Shown: one piece after another, positions 60,319 to 64,000 of the stretch
Position numbering within the stretch: position 1 is the stretch's first letter
Layout of the letters: each line of letters starts with the position of its first letter
The notes under the pieces: model-generated
Database searches by the model: none
What the model was told of the DNA's origin: nothing
Seen by the model: only the letters and a program-made list of their open reading frames with translations
Position numbers and translations under genes: made by a program
Source: a virus
Lineage: Duplodnaviria > Caudoviricetes
Virus record (IMG/VR): IMGVR_UViG_3300027740_000003
Coordinates: 256,001 to 320,000 of that record
Reading direction: 5' to 3' (one strand)
DNA length: 64,000 bases

Positions 60319-60611
60319 GGCAGCTCCAAATTAATTTCCTTTACCGCTTGCAACATAGCTACATCATCTATATTATCTAATCCAGCTAAAAAAGCCTCAT
60401 CAAATGCTTTTTTAAATGCAATTTGAAACTCTTTTAACTTTTCTGGATTTGATTTTCTAAATTCACGACATACAAAAGAATATGACAGATCAGGTCTGGC
60501 ATCCTGAGCATTTATCTCTGAAGAAATAGCAAATACAATTTTGTTGCAAATTTCATCTTCTCCTTGAATACGAAATTCCTTTGCTAATTTTTTTAAAACA
60601 GATAAGTTCAT
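60315..60611 (-). CDS. Hypothetical protein
   Basis: 98-aa ORF; N-terminal helical-hairpin-like module. Confidence 0.6.
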   Translation of the reverse strand: MNLSVLKKLAKEFRIQGEDEICNKIVFAISSEINAQDARPDLSYSFVCREFRKSNPEKLKEFQIAFKKAFDEAFLAGLDNIDDVAMLQAVKEINLELP

Positions 60612-62431
60612 ATCCTCTCCATTGCAAACTTTCTTCTTTCCCTATCTATCTTTTCTTCTTTAATAATACTAAATTTAGACTTTCCTTCTTTTATTGTTGA
60701 AATAACGGGGCATTTGTAATTATTTAAAAATGCTTTCGATATTATTATATCAATAGCTTGAACAGCATCTTTAATATAATTTATGTCTCCAGTTGTATTA
60801 CAATTAACCTCTACACTATTATTATTAACACAAATATCAGTATCAGCATCTATTGTTCTTGAAATTGCATTAGATAATATATAAGCGTATTCAATCATTG
60901 AAGAAAGTTTATCTGCTTTTATTTTTATATTAATATCATTTCTGGGAAGAATTTTATCACTAATTGCATTAACAACCATTTCTGTTAAATTATTTGCCAC
61001 TAATTTAATTCCTAAAGCTTGTTCTAATTCTGCAAGTTCATTATCTGGTTCGGAATTATTTCCAATAATTCTATTAAGCTCTTTTAGATAAGCCTCTGGT
61101 TTTGCTGTATAATAACCTTGTTCATGTAATTTATAAACAAAATCTTCTACATTTCCTTGCGCCGCAGCTTCTAATGCTGGTCTAAATCTTTTTGTTAATG
61201 TTCCAAGATAAAATGCCAAACCTTCATCAGGTGTATCAAAAGCCCTAAAATAACACATCGGATGTCTTTCTGTAAATTTATAAGATTTTCCATTTAATCT
61301 TTCGCCACAAGGATAACTTGTCCACTTCCCAGACTTCGGAGACGCCTTTATATTTCCAAAATTATAATTATACATAGAACGGAAATTCCCCGTTTCCAAT
61401 GAAACCTGTCCCCATAATATATTAATACCCTCTTCTGACATTGGAATATCAGGAATAACTTTTTGCCATATATTTCTTATTGAATTTATAAATTCTTCTT
61501 TAGAAAAAGTTGTTTTCTTAGGAGAAATATAATTAGCTCTATCATATTGTGCTTTTCTTTGTTTTATTCCTTCGGTTGATAAATACCAAGGTTGTGTTTG
61601 AGCCATTGCTTTCTTTGGTTCCGGCTTAACTCTAGCTTTTGCCCTTGGTCCTTCTCCGACTGGAATTATTGTTCCAATTTTTTGAAATACCCTTCTTTCA
61701 CTTGGTATTGTTTTATTATATTTCTGATCCACAACAAATACTTCTACTTGCAATGACAACGGAAGATCAGGTACAGTAAATACAACTGATTGCACATAAT
61801 ATATATAATCACCAGCTAAATTTTTCTTATCATCTGATGTTTCTCTTTCAAATACTTTTACAACTTGCCCTGCTGCTACAGCCTCTTTAAATTCTTTCCA
61901 AAATTGTGGATTTTGAACAACTTTTTCAGCCTCAATAGGCATAGCATATGGATCGTTTCCAATAGATAAAAATCTAACAAATCTCTGATGCGCATTCCGT
62001 TTAAATCCTTCACCAATAACAAGGTTGTCCATTCCAAGAACATCATTAATATTTAATATTCCTTCTGGAAAACCTTCTTTATGTTTTGTATTTGGAACCA
62101 CAGCTTCTGTAGCTTCTTCTGATAATTTATCTAGTTCTTTACTTAAATATGAAGCGTTGTGTTTTATTTCTTCTAATGCTTGATTGTATTTGTCAACATC
62201 CCCGTTTTCTATTGATAAATTAATTTGTTCAAGATATTTATCTAAATTTTTTAAATAAGAACTTATTTGAGCAGAATCATTTTTCAACTGATTTACTCTT
62301 TCTCTGTAAGCAGGGTCTGTAAGGCTTTTTAACCAATTCTGAATTCTTTGCAAAACTCCAGCAACCTTGACAACCTGTTTGTCATCAAGCGCATTTAATT
62401 CAATTGCTGCATTTTTAATAATCTCATTCAT
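60608..62431 (-). CDS. Protein with GH73-like glucosaminidase (peptidoglycan hydrolase) domain
   Basis: GQVSLETG...NYNFGNIKA...FRAFDTPDEG...LHEQGYYT; start likely ATG 62431. Confidence 0.75.
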   Translation of the reverse strand: MNEIIKNAAIELNALDDKQVVKVAGVLQRIQNWLKSLTDPAYRERVNQLKNDSAQISSYLKNLDKYLEQINLSIENGDVDKYNQALEEIKHNASYLSKELDKLSEEATEAVVPNTKHKEGFPEGILNINDVLGMDNLVIGEGFKRNAHQRFVRFLSIGNDPYAMPIEAEKVVQNPQFWKEFKEAVAAGQVVKVFERETSDDKKNLAGDYIYYVQSVVFTVPDLPLSLQVEVFVVDQKYNKTIPSERRVFQKIGTIIPVGEGPRAKARVKPEPKKAMAQTQPWYLSTEGIKQRKAQYDRANYISPKKTTFSKEEFINSIRNIWQKVIPDIPMSEEGINILWGQVSLETGNFRSMYNYNFGNIKASPKSGKWTSYPCGERLNGKSYKFTERHPMCYFRAFDTPDEGLAFYLGTLTKRFRPALEAAAQGNVEDFVYKLHEQGYYTAKPEAYLKELNRIIGNNSEPDNELAELEQALGIKLVANNLTEMVVNAISDKILPRNDINIKIKADKLSSMIEYAYILSNAISRTIDADTDICVNNNSVEVNCNTTGDINYIKDAVQAIDIIISKAFLNNYKCPVISTIKEGKSKFSIIKEEKIDRERRKFAMERI

Positions 62432-64000
62432 CCAATAGTTCCTGAGCTTTTGCAAGAAGTTGACAGCTTAACTCTTCATCTTTATCTTCAATAACTTCTG
62501 AATATTGAAGCATCATTTGTGCCATAAGATAAGGGTCATTTAATTCGGCAGCTTTTTGTAAACGATTATAAAATCGCCTATTGGCAAGCTTTAGAACAGC
62601 ATTGTCTACTGTTGCTGTGATTGATGTCTGTGTTTCTACTTTGCTAAAATTCATTACACTCCTTAAATCTTCTCTGCTCCACACATACGCAGCAACTGAT
62701 TTATTTTTTCTGTCTGCTTTTTCTAATGCGGAATTGGCAATTCCTCCATCAGCAGTTAAAATTGTTTCTTTTCCAAAATAACTTTGGAAAGCGGCACTAG
62801 CAGACATCAACTCTGCTCCCGTAAATTGTCCCCTTACCCAGATAACAACAACATCTGCATCTTTTGCTACAATATTAGATTGAGACGTTTTTGTAAAATT
62901 GTCAATATTTTCAATGTTAACTGTTGCAATCAAATTTTCATATTGAGCCTTTCCTGGCTCAAGAACTTTAGCCTCATCCCATGCATCATTTTTTGGAACC
63001 TCTTCCTTTTTTGGAGCCTTTATTGGCTCCACTTTTTTAGGCTCAACTTTAGCAACAGGCTCTTCTTTTGAAGGCTCCTCTTTTTTTGGAGGCTCAACTT
63101 TAGCAACAGGCTCTTCTTTTGGAGTTTTATTTTTTACAATTTTAAATATTTCTCGTAGCTTTGCTTTAGTATCTTTTGTCAACTTCTTTTGTAAAAGATC
63201 AAATGCTTCTTTGGGGAATATATTTTCTCCTTCTTCCGGATCTATTCCAAGAACATAATATTCTGCATTTGGATAATCTTTCTTTACCCTCCTATCAGAT
63301 GCTGTCATTACATTTACCGGTTTACCTAAAGATTTAGACAAAGTCTCTATGGCCTTTTTTTCATCTGCCCTCTTTATATTTGAAAATATAATTATTCTAT
63401 CAGAACCAACGTCTTTTTTAACTTCTTTTGGCGAAACGTTTGGTTGAACCTCTTTAATTTCAGTAGCTTTTGTCGGCTCTTCTTTCTTTGGTTCCTCCGG
63501 CTTTCCTGGCAACAAATTTGGCTCTTTTTCGGCAGCAATGGCTGGCGGCTCTTCTGTTTTTAATTTTTCTAACACAGTTGTGGCTTCTTCAACAGGAATT
63601 TCTATTCCTTCAACTGATACGACTCCATCTTCAACAGATCCTACAATATTACCATCAGAATCTTGAACAGTTTCGTTCTCGCCTTTATTTTCTACAGCAG
63701 CCTCTAGTACGTCAATTACATTCAGTATCTGAAGCTGACCCATCTGATCAATTTCATCAAGATATTTTCTTGTTGTTAAATCAAATGGTTGATTTTCTTC
63801 TTGTTCTGTGGTAGGTTCAGAGGTTGTATTTTCTACAACAGGCTCTTTTTTCACAGAATCATAATCTAGACCAACCATTTTGAAAGCCTCTCTCATTTCT
63901 TCTTCCGACTTTCCTTTGGTTTTTAAATATGAATAAAGCTGATTAGGATCTACACCAAATGTCTCTTGAACCTTCTTTGGAGGTCTTCCTGGCCCAGGCA
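62424..64000 (-). CDS. Pro/Lys/Glu-rich head-cluster protein (5' end beyond window)
   Basis: Frame stays open upstream of the listed ATG 63896 to the window edge (PGPGRPPKKVQETF...); EEPVAKVEP repeats. Confidence 0.7.
   Translation of the reverse strand, partial: PGPGRPPKKVQETFGVDPNQLYSYLKTKGKSEEEMREAFKMVGLDYDSVKKEPVVENTTSEPTTEQEENQPFDLTTRKYLDEIDQMGQLQILNVIDVLEAAVENKGENETVQDSDGNIVGSVEDGVVSVEGIEIPVEEATTVLEKLKTEEPPAIAAEKEPNLLPGKPEEPKKEEPTKATEIKEVQPNVSPKEVKKDVGSDRIIIFSNIKRADEKKAIETLSKSLGKPVNVMTASDRRVKKDYPNAEYYVLGIDPEEGENIFPKEAFDLLQKKLTKDTKAKLREIFKIVKNKTPKEEPVAKVEPPKKEEPSKEEPVAKVEPKKVEPIKAPKKEEVPKNDAWDEAKVLEPGKAQYENLIATVNIENIDNFTKTSQSNIVAKDADVVVIWVRGQFTGAELMSASAAFQSYFGKETILTADGGIANSALEKADRKNKSVAAYVWSREDLRSVMNFSKVETQTSITATVDNAVLKLANRRFYNRLQKAAELNDPYLMAQMMLQYSEVIEDKDEELSCQLLAKAQELLDE

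Noticed and set aside
1-64000. Stop-codon reassignment (alternative genetic code), common in some large phages
   Set aside because: Standard code already gives near-complete coding density with intact long genes.

Overview
The window is a gene-dense, AT-rich stretch of a large myovirus-type (contractile-tail) phage genome covering most of the virion morphogenesis region, almost all on the minus strand. In transcription order (right to left) it holds putative internal head/ejection proteins (a GH73-like glucosaminidase protein and a phosphatase-NUDIX-DUF5661-like fusion), a 1336-aa prohead protease/scaffold, two capsid decoration paralogues and the major capsid protein. Next come a plus-strand island of six fibre/appendage genes, a non-structural insert (cysteine desulfurase, HNH nuclease, cold-shock protein), neck genes, a free-standing LAGLIDADG endonuclease, fibres and a holin-like gene. 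The tail block follows: a plus-strand lipoprotein moron with its own sigma70 promoter, sheath, tube, frameshifted tail chaperones, tape measure and baseplate genes. No portal, terminase, tRNA or CRISPR array is visible. Two protein-level codes stand out. (1) The tripeptide Asp-Gly-Tyr (DGY) occurs 34 times in 15 proteins, nearly all predicted outer-virion components, and never in >9,000 residues of head-internal, capsid, tube, tape-measure and baseplate proteins; this suggests an undescribed modification or docking sequon. (2) The head-cluster proteins share a helical-hairpin module, an AHP..VE-x5-H module and recurrent K-x-A sites, suggesting a capsid-targeting and proteolytic maturation code. 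All function calls come from motif recognition by eye; no database searches were run.
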